64,000 nt of DNA from Candidatus Krumholzibacteriia bacterium (GTDB lineage Bacteria > Krumholzibacteriota > Krumholzibacteriia > Krumholzibacteriales > Krumholzibacteriaceae). The stretch spans positions 448,001 through 512,000 of the forward strand of contig CAWIIQ010000003.1 in the NCBI GenBank assembly GCA_963836185.1, read 5' to 3'. The position numbers and the translations under genes are program-made. This document shows, in pieces, positions 29,696 to 40,662 of this stretch. The notes below the pieces were generated by a model. It had not been told where the DNA came from, did no database searches, and saw nothing but the letters and a program-made list of their open reading frames with translations. Position 1 is the stretch's first letter. The number at the start of each line of letters is the position of its first letter.

Positions 29696-31898
29696 ATGAA
29701 CAGGCAGATGAGAATGGGCAAGTATTACAGATTCCTCGTTTACCTTGTGGTCGTCATCCTGGTCAATGTCGCCGGGCAGACCCTCTTCCTCAGGGCCGAC
29801 CTCACATCAAACGGGATCTATTCGCTGTCAAAGGCGAGCAGTGAAGCGGTCGGGAACCTCTCCGAGCCGCTGACGATCAATGTGTTCTTCACGAGGAACC
29901 TGCCCGCTCCGCACAATAACACGGAGCGGTACCTGAGGGACCTTCTCGAGGAATACTCGGTCAAATCGAACAGGTACTTCAACTACCGGTTCTACGATGT
30001 CAGCCCGGAGGAGGGTGACATCGGCGAGGACGAGAAGCACAACCAGCAGCTCGCCCGCGATTTCGGGATCCAGCCCGGTGCAGATACAGGACGTCGAGCA
30101 GGACGAGGTGAAGTTCAAGAGGGCCTACATGGGCATGGTCTTCATACACGGCGATGTCGTCGACAAGATCCCCGCGATCACCTACGACAGACGGGCTCGA
30201 GTATACGATCACTTCGAAGATCGAGAAGATGAACAACAAGATCAGCGCTCTTGTGGGGATGCAGGAACCGGTCGAGATCAAGCTTATGTTCTCGCCCGCG
30301 CTGATCGAGATCGCGCCGCAGATACGGATGGAAGGGCTCGGGGAGATGCCTGTCCCGCATAGAGGAGATAGTGACGGAGCTCGGCGGGAAGTATTACGGC
30401 AAGCTCCGAGTTCTCCGTGACCGACCCGACGGCCGACGCGGCAACAGAAGGCGAAAACAGCAAGTACAACATCGTCACCCTGAGGTGGCGCGAGAGCACC
30501 GACGCGAGCGGCGCGGTAGTGACGCCCGCCGGACGCGGGGCCGCATCGATCGTCGTCGTGAAGGGCGAGAATTTCAGGACGCTGCCGCTGATCGAGGTCT
30601 TCAACGTACCTCTCTTCGGTACGCAGTACAAGCTGGCCGACATGAACACGCTCGGCGAGCGGATCGGCGAGGCTATAGACGACGTGATCGATATCAACAA
30701 GAAGATCGGCTACCTGGCGAGCCACGGCACCGCTCCGCTGAGGGGCGCGCAGCCGATGCCCGGTCAGCCGCAGCCGCCTGCGACGGGGCTGACCAATTTC
30801 AACAGCCTGATCTCGCAGAACTATTCGATCAGCGAGATCACGCTCGACGACGGTATCCCCGACGGGATCGACTGCCTCATTATGGCCGGCCCGAAGGAGA
30901 CGCTCAGCGACTACGAGCTCTTTCAGATCGACCAGTTCCTGATGAAAGGCAAATCTCTGGCGATCTTCTACGATGCCTTCAACGAGATGAACATGCCTCA
31001 GAACCAGATGGGACGTCAGCAGGGGCCCGTCTTCCTGCCGGTCAGCACCGGCCTGGAGACGATGCTCGATCATTACGGCGTGTCGATAAAGCCGTCCTAT
31101 GTGCTCGACAAAAGCTGCTTTGAGCAGCAGATGCCCCAGCAGTACGGCGGCGGCAAGCAGGCGATATACTTCGCTCCGATAATCAAGCAGGAGAAGATAA
31201 ACGACGGTCTCGATTTTATGAAGTATGTCAAATCGCTGATCATGCTCAAGGTATCCCCTGTCGAGTTGAAGGAGATCGCGCTCTCAGGCGCCGGGCTGTC
31301 GGCCGACGTTCTCTTTTCCTCGTCCGATGAATCGTGGGAGATGAGCGGACGCATTGACCTCAGTCCGTGGGCGATGCAGCCCCCGGAGGATCCGGCGGAG
31401 ATGGAGAGCTATGACATCGCGGCGCTGATAACGGGTGAGTTCCCCAGTTATTTCGCGGGAAAACCGGTTCCGGAGAAGCCGGCTCCTGAGTCCGGGGAGG
31501 CTGATTCGATCGCTGCGGCCGGCGCATCGGCGGAGCAGGGAACGGATCTCGTAACAGGCGATGGCGCCGTGATCGAGAAGGGAAGGCCGGGGAAGGTCTT
31601 TATCATCACCAGCTCGGAGATCCTCGGGAACAATATCCTCGACGAGGGGGGAGCCTCGACCCAGGCGACCTTTATCCTGAACGTCCTGGATCATCTCAAC
31701 GGACGGGACGCCTACGCCGATATGCGGGGGAAGACGCAGCGCTTCAATCCCCTCGGTGATACAGGCGCCGGCACCAGGACTTTCGTCAAGACTCTCAATA
31801 TAGCCGGGCTGCCCGTACTCGTCGTGGCGCTCGGGATCGTTGTATGGGCGAGGCGCTCGAACAGGAAGCGCCGCATCCAGGCGATGTTCGCCAGGTAG
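29696..31898 (+). CDS. GldG-like ABC auxiliary component, several frameshifts between 30070 and 30420
   Basis: DLTSNGIYSLSKAS, LRDLLEEY, LEYTITS, IGYLASHG, IDQFLMKG, C-terminal TM then RR. Confidence 0.85.
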
Positions 31899-31919
31899 AG
31901 CAGGCTGGAGGAAATAGCA

Positions 31920-32864
31920 ATGAAGAAGGAATACATTTTGCTCGCGGTAGCCATCGTGGCCCTCGGCCTCTATCTCTTGTTGCGCAACACCGACAAGACT
32001 CACTACGAGATTCCCGAGGTCGATACGCCGGACAAGGAGCAGGTCACCGGCCTCGATATCATCGGTCCCTCAGGCACGCTCGCGCTGAAGAGGTCGGATG
32101 ACGGCTGGCTGTCGCATCCTGAAGGGTACCCGCTCGATGCGGGTAAAGTCGACGCGATGCTCGACGCCCTCAGCGGTCTCGACATCGTATCGCTCGTATC
32201 GGAGGCGGAAAGCTACGTGCAGTACGATCTCGACGATGACAAGCGCGTATTCGTCGAGGCGACCGGAATCGATAAGGAGCTGCTGAAGCTCGACATCGGC
32301 AAGGCGGCTTCGACCCAGCGGCATACGTACGTAAAACTCCCGGACGACAAGAACGTCTACCAGGTCAGCGGCAATATCAGGCGCACATTCGATGTCGAGA
32401 TATGGTCGCTGCGCGACAAGAAGGTCCTGGCCCTCGACAGGAGCGATATCACAGGCCTGACGATCGAATCAGAGGGAGAGAAGATCTCGCTGTCGAAGAT
32501 CTCACGCCCTGTCGAGCCTTCCGCGGAAGGACAGCCTCCGCAGGCTGTCACCGCGTGGATCACAGCCGACAGCACGGAAGCTGACGGGACGGTAGTAGAC
32601 GGCATCCTCGGCCGCCTCGCGAACCTGCAGTGCGACGGTTTCCCTGAGGACGATCAGCAGGTAGAGACTGGCGAACCGGCATTCACGCTGACGATCCATG
32701 GTACGCGGGATGAGACACTGAAGATATACGGGCCGTCGGGGGAGAAGATGTTTCTGGCGACCTCGTCGCAGTACGAGTTCCCGTTCATGCTTGCCGAGTG
32801 GAAACTGGGCCAGATCAGGAAGACACCATCAGAGGTCATGGGGCTGACGGAGGCCAAAGAGTAA
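31920..32864 (+). CDS. DUF4340 domain protein
   Basis: N-terminal anchor, two internal repeats, LRDKKVL linker; usual position after GldG-like gene. Confidence 0.8.
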   Translation: MKKEYILLAVAIVALGLYLLLRNTDKTHYEIPEVDTPDKEQVTGLDIIGPSGTLALKRSDDGWLSHPEGYPLDAGKVDAMLDALSGLDIVSLVSEAESYVQYDLDDDKRVFVEATGIDKELLKLDIGKAASTQRHTYVKLPDDKNVYQVSGNIRRTFDVEIWSLRDKKVLALDRSDITGLTIESEGEKISLSKISRPVEPSAEGQPPQAVTAWITADSTEADGTVVDGILGRLANLQCDGFPEDDQQVETGEPAFTLTIHGTRDETLKIYGPSGEKMFLATSSQYEFPFMLAEWKLGQIRKTPSEVMGLTEAKE

Positions 32865-32893
32865 CGTCATCATCGCGTGCCAGATATTAGTAT

Positions 32894-32927
32894 CGCCCGG
32901 ACCCGGCCGATGCGCCGGGCCGGGCGA
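32894..32927. terminator. GC-rich hairpin between convergent genes
   Basis: cgcccgg-a-cccggc ... gccggg-ccgggcg inverted repeat. Confidence 0.55.
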
Positions 32928-32944
32928 CAGTTATCCTTTGAGGA

Positions 32945-33678
32945 TCATGGCAATGTAATAAAGATCCATTTGTCTCCGGTAGCCGAACCCCCATTCCCAT
33001 CGTATGCGATGATCTGCCAGTTGAACGTAGTGCCGGCATAGAAGGTCCCCTGGATCGAAAGAGGTCCTCCGAGATGCCGAATCCATACTGGATCCATCCC
33101 ATCTGGCTGCCGTTTCTCTTGATCCATACATCGTAGGTCATGTCGTCGCCGTCCGGATCGAGACAGTCCCAGTGGAGCATGAATTGATCTGACCGGACAG
33201 AATCGGCGTCCGCCTCAGGCTCAGGATCGAACGGTTTGAACGGCGGGTTGTTGAAGCCGTCTCCCGTGGTAAACGACCATTCGTACCTTGTGTAGTCATA
33301 CTGATTCGAATCATGGACCGTGACGCTCCAGATATATGATGTGTTGGGGTCCAGCGTGCCCGGATAGTCATACCTGAAAATTCCGGTCACGCCCGATTCA
33401 ATGGTATCGGCAAGCACACGGCCCTGATAGATGTCCGTAATCAGGAAATGGTATTCCATGTCCCATCCCGGAAGTTCATCCGCGCCAAAAAAATAGAAGG
33501 CAGGTTGCCTGCTCTGCGCCGTGTCGGCGCTGTCGGGATAGGCGTAATATATTCCGTCGAAGTCCTGCCGCGACGGCTTCACGGGGCCCGTCAAGGCCTC
33601 CGTGTCATCTGATCCGCAGGCAGAGTATGTGATGATAATTCCGCACAGGATGAATACTGCGATCAAACGGACCTTCAT
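32945..33678 (-). CDS. Lipoprotein with two Fn3-like repeats, frameshift near 33060
   Basis: Lipobox YSAC; LHWDCLDPDGDDMTYDV; true end in another frame TFNWQIIAYDGNGGSATGDKWIFITLP*. Confidence 0.7.
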
Positions 33679-33770
33679 TTGATACCCTCCATGAAAGTAG
33701 CATTACCGGAAAGGGCTGGCAAATTTTCGCAGGTCCGAATGTATTACAGTACTCGACTTATGTAAACAAC

Positions 33771-35408
33771 TTACATCACGTACAGCATCAACGTGCTGGT
33801 GACCTTCCCACGCCAGAAGCTTCTATGGAAATATCCCACCTCGGATATCGTGGACTCTTCCTCCGTGACTATATCGACAAAGAGCTCGAACGAGCCGGAG
33901 AAGCGACCCAGGTCACCTGAGTCAAACGAATAAGATCCACTGTTAGGGACACTGACATGCATGTTCTGCCCCAGGCCGTTGCGGACATACAGATCTACAG
34001 TGCCGGTGCCCGGGCAGCTCGAATACCACTCGACTGTGAATCCATCCAGCGAAACGTTGGTGCTCATACCCGGGCTGGTGAAATATTGCTCGCAGTCTGG
34101 CATTTCCACATCCACTTCGAGATAACTGATTCCTCCGCTGGGGCTGACCACGAATGCATATGTCGATCCGAGAGTCAGGAACGGCTCATTCTGAGGGTCG
34201 CGGTAGAAATAGAACGGCTCGTAGGTACCGAGCCATTCGAGGCTGTAGGGACCTCCGTTGACGGCATATGGCTGAAGGGGCTCGATGGGGCCGTCCGGGG
34301 CGTATGCGGCGTCGAACCTCGCTTTCATCATGTCACTGCGTGTCACGGTCCCGTAATACGAGATATTCCGGATCACCTCGATCTCCGCGTATATCTCGTT
34401 CGCCGTCGTGAATGTCCAGAAGGGGCCGTGTGTCTCCCCGCCTTCGCCGTCATGTGCGGTGACGCTCCATGAGTACTCTGTGTTCCCGCGCATCCCGTCC
34501 ACGTAGACGATAGTCTCCGATATGCCGGTCGCGATCTGCAGCTCCATCAGCGGTGGCCCGAACCATACGTCGTAGGTCAGCGGGTCGCCGTCGGGATCGC
34601 TGCATGTCCAGGAGAGCGACGTGTGGAGGCCCGCCGCGGGTTCATCATCCGCAGGATGGGGTGCAGAGGGCACCGCCGGGGGATTGTTCTCCGCTTCCGT
34701 TGTGAAGGTGTGGAAGAGGCTGGGTGTCATGCCTCCCTGGTCGTCACGCGCGATAATATACCATGAGTACTCCATGTCGTTATAGAGGGAGCCGAGATTA
34801 TGCGACGTCCCCGTCTGGCCCTCACTTACAACATCCAACCCGAAGCCGTCGTTGAAGTAGACGTCATAGACGACCGGATCCCCGTCCGGGTCCATGCATT
34901 CATCCCAGAACAGGGTAAGATCATCGGCGTCGACGTCGGTCGCATCATCTTCCGGAATCAGCCCGACCGGCTGCGATGGCGGATTGTTTGTACCGCTGCC
35001 GGTAGTGAAGGTGAAAAGACCACAATCTACCGGATCATTTATCTCGTCATCGGCTAATACGTACCAGCTGTACTCTGTGTCCGCGGCGAGATTGTCCCCG
35101 CTCCATTCGAGGGTATACTGATCCGTTACAGTCTCCTGGAGAGTATTGAGCAGGTCGTCCGCCTCATATATGACATGGGTGAAGATCAGGTCGTCGCCGT
35201 CAGGATCATCGCACTCCCATATGAAAGTCGGGCTGATACTCTGGTCTGTGGCATTATCCCCGGGATAGACCAGGGTCGGAGAATCAGGCGGATCGTTCGG
35301 GTCGGGCGGATCAGTCTCGCTCGTACCTGGAGTTGTCTCGCAGCCGGAGAACACCGACAGGGCGAGCAGAATCAGCAGAACAACCAGAAGTGTTCCGGAA
35401 AGTCTCAT
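33771..35408 (-). CDS. Lipoprotein with three Fn3-like DPDGD repeats and a distinct C-terminal domain
   Basis: Lipobox FSGC; three W-x-C-x-DPDGD...YSW....D...FTT units. Confidence 0.8.
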   Translation of the reverse strand: MRLSGTLLVVLLILLALSVFSGCETTPGTSETDPPDPNDPPDSPTLVYPGDNATDQSISPTFIWECDDPDGDDLIFTHVIYEADDLLNTLQETVTDQYTLEWSGDNLAADTEYSWYVLADDEINDPVDCGLFTFTTGSGTNNPPSQPVGLIPEDDATDVDADDLTLFWDECMDPDGDPVVYDVYFNDGFGLDVVSEGQTGTSHNLGSLYNDMEYSWYIIARDDQGGMTPSLFHTFTTEAENNPPAVPSAPHPADDEPAAGLHTSLSWTCSDPDGDPLTYDVWFGPPLMELQIATGISETIVYVDGMRGNTEYSWSVTAHDGEGGETHGPFWTFTTANEIYAEIEVIRNISYYGTVTRSDMMKARFDAAYAPDGPIEPLQPYAVNGGPYSLEWLGTYEPFYFYRDPQNEPFLTLGSTYAFVVSPSGGISYLEVDVEMPDCEQYFTSPGMSTNVSLDGFTVEWYSSCPGTGTVDLYVRNGLGQNMHVSVPNSGSYSFDSGDLGRFSGSFELFVDIVTEEESTISEVGYFHRSFWRGKVTSTLMLYVM

Positions 35409-35499
35409 GGCGGGACCGTCCTTTCGTGCCGGATCGATTTTTCTATATAAATAAGCCTCTATGGAAAGACTGTATCAGTCCGCGCCGCGGCCTGTCAAC

Positions 35500-36261
35500 C
35501 TAGTCATCAAGACTGCCGAGCAATCTCGTGATACGCGCCAGCAGGCCGCCCGGCTGCGCGCGTGTCGTGAATGTCCAGGTGGGGCTGAAGGTCACTTCGC
35601 CATGTGAGTCGGTGGAGGATATACGCCAGAAGTAGACGGTTTCGTAGTCGAGGGCGGGCAGGGTCCATGATGTCTCGGTGAGGTGTGTAGCGACCAGCGC
35701 GGGGTCTGTTACAGTGTCGAAGTATACATTGTAGGTGAGGACGTCATCCAGGTCGGGATCGTCAGCGGACCATGTAAGATGAATCCCGCTTATCTGGACA
35801 TCGATTGCGCCGTCGGCCGGGCCAGGGTCGGCTGGCGGGTACGGCGGCTCGTTAAACTCGACGGGAGTGAAGAAGGTCCACCAAGCACTCTCCGAGGTCG
35901 TGAGGCCGTCTGTTGCGACGATCCTCCAGGTGTACATCTTGCTTTCTTCAAGGACGAATCCTGTGTCCATCGTCTTGAGGAGTGTCTGGCTGGCGAAGGC
36001 GGGAATGTCGCCGTTTTCCATCAACTGGAAATTGTAGATCACCTCATCACCGTCTGGGTCGGAGCATTCCCATGAGACGGTGAGGGTTCTTCTCATGTAG
36101 TCGGAGCTGTCTGCTGGCTCGAGCAGTTGCGGAACCCTCGGTGGTGAGTTTTCCGGCGCTATCGGCGATTCATCCTCGCCGCATGAGGCGAAGAGTCCCA
36201 TCGAGAGGACTGCGATAACAGCGAGGATATTTATCAGTGTCGATTTCATAATCAAATCCAA
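35500..36261 (-). CDS. Lipoprotein with two Fn3-like DPD repeats
   Basis: Lipobox FASC; WECSDPDGD and WSADDPDLDD units ending W(T)F(F/T)T. Confidence 0.8.
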   Translation of the reverse strand: MDLIMKSTLINILAVIAVLSMGLFASCGEDESPIAPENSPPRVPQLLEPADSSDYMRRTLTVSWECSDPDGDEVIYNFQLMENGDIPAFASQTLLKTMDTGFVLEESKMYTWRIVATDGLTTSESAWWTFFTPVEFNEPPYPPADPGPADGAIDVQISGIHLTWSADDPDLDDVLTYNVYFDTVTDPALVATHLTETSWTLPALDYETVYFWRISSTDSHGEVTFSPTWTFTTRAQPGGLLARITRLLGSLDD

Positions 36262-36262
36262 T

Positions 36263-36292
36263 AAAAAGCGCCGGGATGATACCCGGCGCTTT
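36263..36292 (-). terminator. Rho-independent terminator
   Basis: aaagcgccggg-atgata-cccggcgcttt, with a T tract on the minus strand. Confidence 0.8.
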
Positions 36293-36320
36293 CATTGATT
36301 CATAAGAGCATTGTCCGGGA

Positions 36321-36470
36321 TTACTTGCTGAGGTTCTCCCAGAGGATCTTCACCTGCTCTTTGGTCAGCTTGACCTTGCCGCCGTCGTCGTCGACGATGA
36401 TTACTTCGTCGTTCTCGACGGTGACTTCGGGGCAGCACTTGCCCTCGCTGCAGAGATTGAACTTCTTCAT
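36321..36470 (-). CDS. 49-aa Cys-containing small protein (not in ORF track)
   Basis: AAGGAGG RBS; MKKFNLCSEGKCCPEVTVENDEVIIVDDDGGKVKLTKEQVKILWENLSK*; host-like GC3 bias; own promoter and terminator. Confidence 0.85.
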   Translation of the reverse strand: MKKFNLCSEGKCCPEVTVENDEVIIVDDDGGKVKLTKEQVKILWENLSK

Positions 36471-36500
36471 TTTCGACCTCCTTGTTAGTCCGATGCTGTC

Positions 36501-36530
36501 AAGTTACGTAATAAGGCTTTATTGTGTCAA
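36501..36530 (-). promoter_or_regulatory. Putative sigma70 promoter of the small protein gene
   Basis: TTGACA, 18 nt, TAACTT; spacer holds the dyad AATAA-AGCC-TTATT. Confidence 0.5.
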
Positions 36531-36587
36531 TCTGTAATGCTTACAAAATTCATCAGAAAGGCCGCCAGATCCCACTGGCCGGGCCTG

Positions 36588-37023
36588 TCAGCCGCCTTTG
36601 GTGTACTTGATGAACCTTGCCGATATCGCCTTCATCTCCTCGTCATTGCTCGATTCTGAGCCGGATGTCGTAGTCTTGACTCCGCTCTTCGTCTCGGTCG
36701 TCTCGGTCGTTTCCGACCAGGAGGTGCCGCCTTCTTTGATGTATACATCGAGGCCGAGGATAACGACGGCGTCGGCGCCCTTCTCGCGGGCCTTCTCGAT
36801 GATCTTCTCCTGCATCTTCTCGGAACTGGTAAACGAGCCTGCCGTCGCGGTGAGGTGTCCCATCACCTCGTACTCGCCCTTGATGTCCTCGAGCGCAAAA
36901 TAGACATCGACGTTGGCGGTCGGGGCGTATGACTTCCCGACGTAGTCGATCTTGGTACATGAGACTGTCAGCAGGACAGCCAGTGCGAGCAGCGAGAGCT
37001 TTCTATCGATGACGGATCCTCAT
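36588..37023 (-). CDS. Small lipoprotein (YbjQ-like fold possible), frameshift just after the start codon
   Basis: GGAGG RBS; LLALAVLLTVSC lipobox; EKAREKGADAVVI motif. Confidence 0.65.
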
Positions 37024-37114
37024 CCCGGACCTCCTCCGCTTCAGGGGGCCATAAGGGTTTAAATTACCAGGGCGATAATATCAGGATTCATGAAAAGTGC
37101 AAAACCGTTTTTGC

Positions 37115-37146
37115 AAAAAGGGGCGCCTCCCTGTGGAGACGCCCCT
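37115..37146 (-). terminator. Rho-independent terminator of the peptidase gene
   Basis: aggggcgtctcc-acag-ggaggcgcccct followed by tttt on the minus strand. Confidence 0.8.
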
Positions 37147-37181
37147 GAATCAGCGGTTGTCGCTGTCCTTTGGCCGCCGCT

Positions 37182-39908
37182 TTATTCGACCGATACGAGC
37201 TCGGAGGTGACTGAGCCGCCGCCGGCCATCGCCGGGAGCTGCATAGTCGCCCTGACCTGGCGGTGTGTCTTCGTATCGATGAAGACAGTGCCGCCGCCGG
37301 GCTCGTTGCCCATCGGCCTGAGCTCTACCTTGAACGCCTCGAAGGTCCCGGCCGGGACGGTCACGTCCTCGATCCCGGTCACCTCGACGACGTATACCTT
37401 AACCTGCTGCGAGAGCAGGTCGAAGTAGCGGAGCGAGGTCTTGTATTTCGGGGCGAGCGGCAGGCCGGAGATGGCGAGGTCGAGCGCCGTGCCGTCGCCG
37501 AATACCGGGGCCTCGAGCGCCGTGTCCACGGGGAGCGCCTGCGGGCCCATGACGATCTCGCCTGTTACGGCGGTCTCGCTGTACTCCATCGTCACCGTCG
37601 CGCCGCCCTGCTTGACGCCCCGGTAGAGGGGCAGCAGGTTCGTGCCGTCGACGATGAATGTATCGATCGCGTTGCCCATCATGCTGGTCTGCGTCGATAC
37701 GGTCATCCAGCCGGGCTTTCCGTCGAACTGTCCCTCGGAGATCTCGATTACTACATCGAGGTCGACTTCCATGCCCTGTACGCTGGCGACAGCCTTGTAC
37801 GAGAGCTTGGCCGGCGTGATCAGGTTCGCGTCGACTGCCGGGAGAGCGCGCGGTCATGGCGGCGTCGAGGTCGCCCTCGGGCTCCTGCAGCGTCACCGAA
37901 GCGACGGGGACCATCAGTGCGTCATAATTCTTCTGGATCTCGGGCCTGACATCCTCCTGGATACGTCCGCCGAGATGCTTGGAGAAGAACTTCTCCATCG
38001 CTACGTACATCGCCACACGATTGTCCTCGTTGGAGAATCCATGTCCCTCGTCGTCGGCGACCATGTACTCGACATCGCGGCCGAGGTCGCGCATCGCGAC
38101 GACGATCTGGTCAGACTCGGCCTTGACGACGCGGGGGTCGTTGGCGCCCTGGACGACGAGCAGAGGAGCGGTGATCTTGTCGGCCGAGAAGAGGGGCGAC
38201 TGCTTCTTGAGCCGCTCCATGTCCTCTGGATTCTCGGGATCGCCGACCTGCTCGTTGAGGAACTTCCTCGCCGTCTCCCAGTATGCGGGGATCGAGTTGA
38301 GGAATGTCAGCATGTTCGAGACGCCTACATAAGAGATGCCGCAGGCGTATACGTCAGGTGTGAAGGCCAGTCCGGCCAGCGTCGCGTAGCCGCCGTACGA
38401 ACCGCCGTAGATCGCGACCTTCTCCGGATCGGCGATACCCTTGTCGATGAGGTAATTGACACCGTCGGTGATGTCGTCCTGCATCGTAAAGCCCCACTGC
38501 TTCTTGCCGGCGTTGAAGAACGCCTTGCCGTATCCGGTCGATGCCCTGAAGTTGGGCTGGAAGACGGCATAGCCGCGGTTCGCCATGTACTGGACCTCGG
38601 GGTTGTAACCCCACATGTCACGCGCCCACGGGCCGCCGTGCGGGTGGATGACTACGGGAAGGTTCTTCGCCTTTACGCCCTTCGGAACGGTGAGGTAGCC
38701 GTGGACGGTAAGTCCGTCGCGGGTCTTGTACTTGACCGGCTTCATCTCGGCGAGGTGTTCGGTCGGCAGGTTCGGCCTGGGCCTGTACTGCAGTTCGACT
38801 TCGCCCGTCTCCATGTCGTAGAGATAGGCGGCGCCGGGATCGACGTCGCTCGTGACGTGACGAACCAGTAACGGTCGTCGTTAGTCGTCGCGCCGAGGTA
38901 GATGTCGCCGTCGGGCAGTTGTTTCTTCAGCTTCTTGTACGCCTTCTCGAAATCCTTGTCGTGGAACTCGATCCTCATCCTGTCGCCGACATAGTACGTG
39001 GCGAGCAGTTTCTTTGTCACGTTTGAGAATACCGTTCCGCCGAAATCGACTTCCTTCTTCGGGTCCGACTCGACGAGCTTTTCCTCGCCTGTCTCGATGT
39101 TGAAGAGGGTCAGGCGGGAGAGGTCGTTTTCCTCGCCTATGTTCGTGTCGAGGTAGACGCGTTTTCCGTCCTCGTGGAATCGGATGACGCCGACGCTTTC
39201 TTCGTTTGTCGACTTGATGATCGAGACGAATCTTGTCGCCATCGATGCGGAAATACTCGGTGCCGCCGTCGTCGGTCGTCTTTGCCAGAAGCCTGAGGTT
39301 GCCGTCGAGATCGAAATCGTATCCGGCGTATCCCTCGGTGTTCTCGAAGATGAGCTCGCGCTCGCCTGTCGAGAGGCGTGAGGCGGTAGAGATCGTGATA
39401 CCGCTCGTCGCGGTCGTTCAGGCCTATGTAGATGATATCGGGGGTCTTTTCGGGGAACGAGTAGAACATCGCCCTGATCCCGTCGATATCGGTGAGGTCA
39501 CGGGCTGCCGGGACGCCTGTCGCGGCTTCGGGTTTGCCCTTCGGGATCGATCACGAAGAGATGGAAGTTTTCGTCTCCGCCCTTGTCCTGGACGTAGATG
39601 ACGTATTTTCCATCCTGCGACCAGCCGTAATCGCGGACGTTGCGGATAGTGTCGGCCGAGAGGGGGATCGCGTCTTCGAACGGCTCGTCCTTACCCTTTA
39701 CCCAGATATTAAGCTTGCCTTTGTACGGTTTTAGAAACGAGATATGCATCCCGTCAGGCGAGATCTGTCCTCGTGCGATCTCGGGATCGCTGAAGAATAT
39801 CTCGCGGTCGATGATCGGGGGCAGCTTGTCGAGATAATCGAGCTGCTCCGCCGGTGCGCTGGCGGCCATCAGAGCGACGGCGACCAGGGCCAGAAGCGCC
39901 TTCCTCAT
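37182..39908 (-). CDS. S9 family peptidase with extra C-terminal DUF3108-like domain, several frameshifts
   Basis: HGGPW, GGSYGG, GANDPRV, DEGHGF; N-terminal propeller split over several ORFs; C-terminal [13 protein letters not shown]. Confidence 0.88.
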
Positions 39909-40149
39909 TGGGGTCCTCCTTCCCTTTCGGGATGGTTGAGTGTTCGTATAGAAAGCCTTGATCAGACAAGCATTCTATAGACTGGCTGTATGGATACTAC
40001 CTTGAACGAGCGGAGAGTATTCAAAGTTTCAGGAAAAATTTCAATAAGAAATCCTTCTTATTATCCCAAATCGTCCTGAATCGGGGCCGTGTGGCTTTTC
40101 CGGGTGTGTTCCGGGCTGCTGGCAGTCTATTTGAATATTCCGGGGCCGC

Positions 40150-40178
40150 TTTACATATATGTAAAAACGGCGTATATT
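40150..40178 (+). promoter_or_regulatory. sigma70 promoter of ssrA
   Basis: TTTACA, 17 nt, TATATT, 23 nt before the tmRNA 5' end. Confidence 0.65.
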
Positions 40179-40201
40179 GAAAGGGTCAAAGCTTCTGGTG
40201 T

Positions 40202-40556
40202 GGGGGCGAAAGGATTCGACGGGGATAGATGAAGTGAGAGAAGCGTGCCGAGGTGCCATCAGCCCTCGTAAAACAGGTGGCAAAACACAACTGCCAACGA
40301 CAACTTGGCACTGGCAGCCTAAATAGGCTGTCCGTCCGCTCATCCCGTGCCGACGGGGGATGATAACGGGCGACGATTTCCGGCGGCTGGCTGGTAGACA
40401 CTCACCTGGAAAACCGGCGAGAAACTAAAGGTGATAGCGTCATGGCAACATTGCCTGGAGGGGCACCGTGAGGCGAATCAATTACTCCGGGCTACGCACG
40501 TAGAAGTCTCATGGAAGTATTTTCGGACGTGGGTTCGATTCCCACCGCCTCCACCA
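40202..40556 (+). ncRNA. ssrA: Transfer-messenger RNA, tag peptide ANDNLALAA
   Basis: 5' GGGGGCGAAAGGATTCGAC; tag ORF 40293-40322; 3' T-arm GGGTTCGATTCCC and terminal CTCCACCA. Confidence 0.98.
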
Positions 40557-40584
40557 TTTAAACACACCGCCCATAGCATGGGCG
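40550..40584 (+). repeat. Direct repeat copy 1 (tmRNA 3' end plus hairpin), att-like
   Basis: tccaccatttaaacacaccgcccatagcatgggcg; 33/35 identical to 41533-41567. Confidence 0.9.
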
Positions 40585-40662
40585 GTGGAGTTCTTCCCAC
40601 CGCCACCGCGCCTGTCAAGTACGTGACGTGCGAGCTCGTTTGGGAACTTTGTGAAGTTAGTG

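Noticed and set aside
28340-30420. Programmed frameshifting in the Gld-like operon
   Set aside because: Too many shifts, no consistent slippery motif, and the same pattern occurs in unrelated genes.
32887-33060. C-terminus of ORF 32887..33678 as given in the track
   Set aside because: It runs through a terminator-like hairpin; the repeat motif finishes in another frame ending at 32945.
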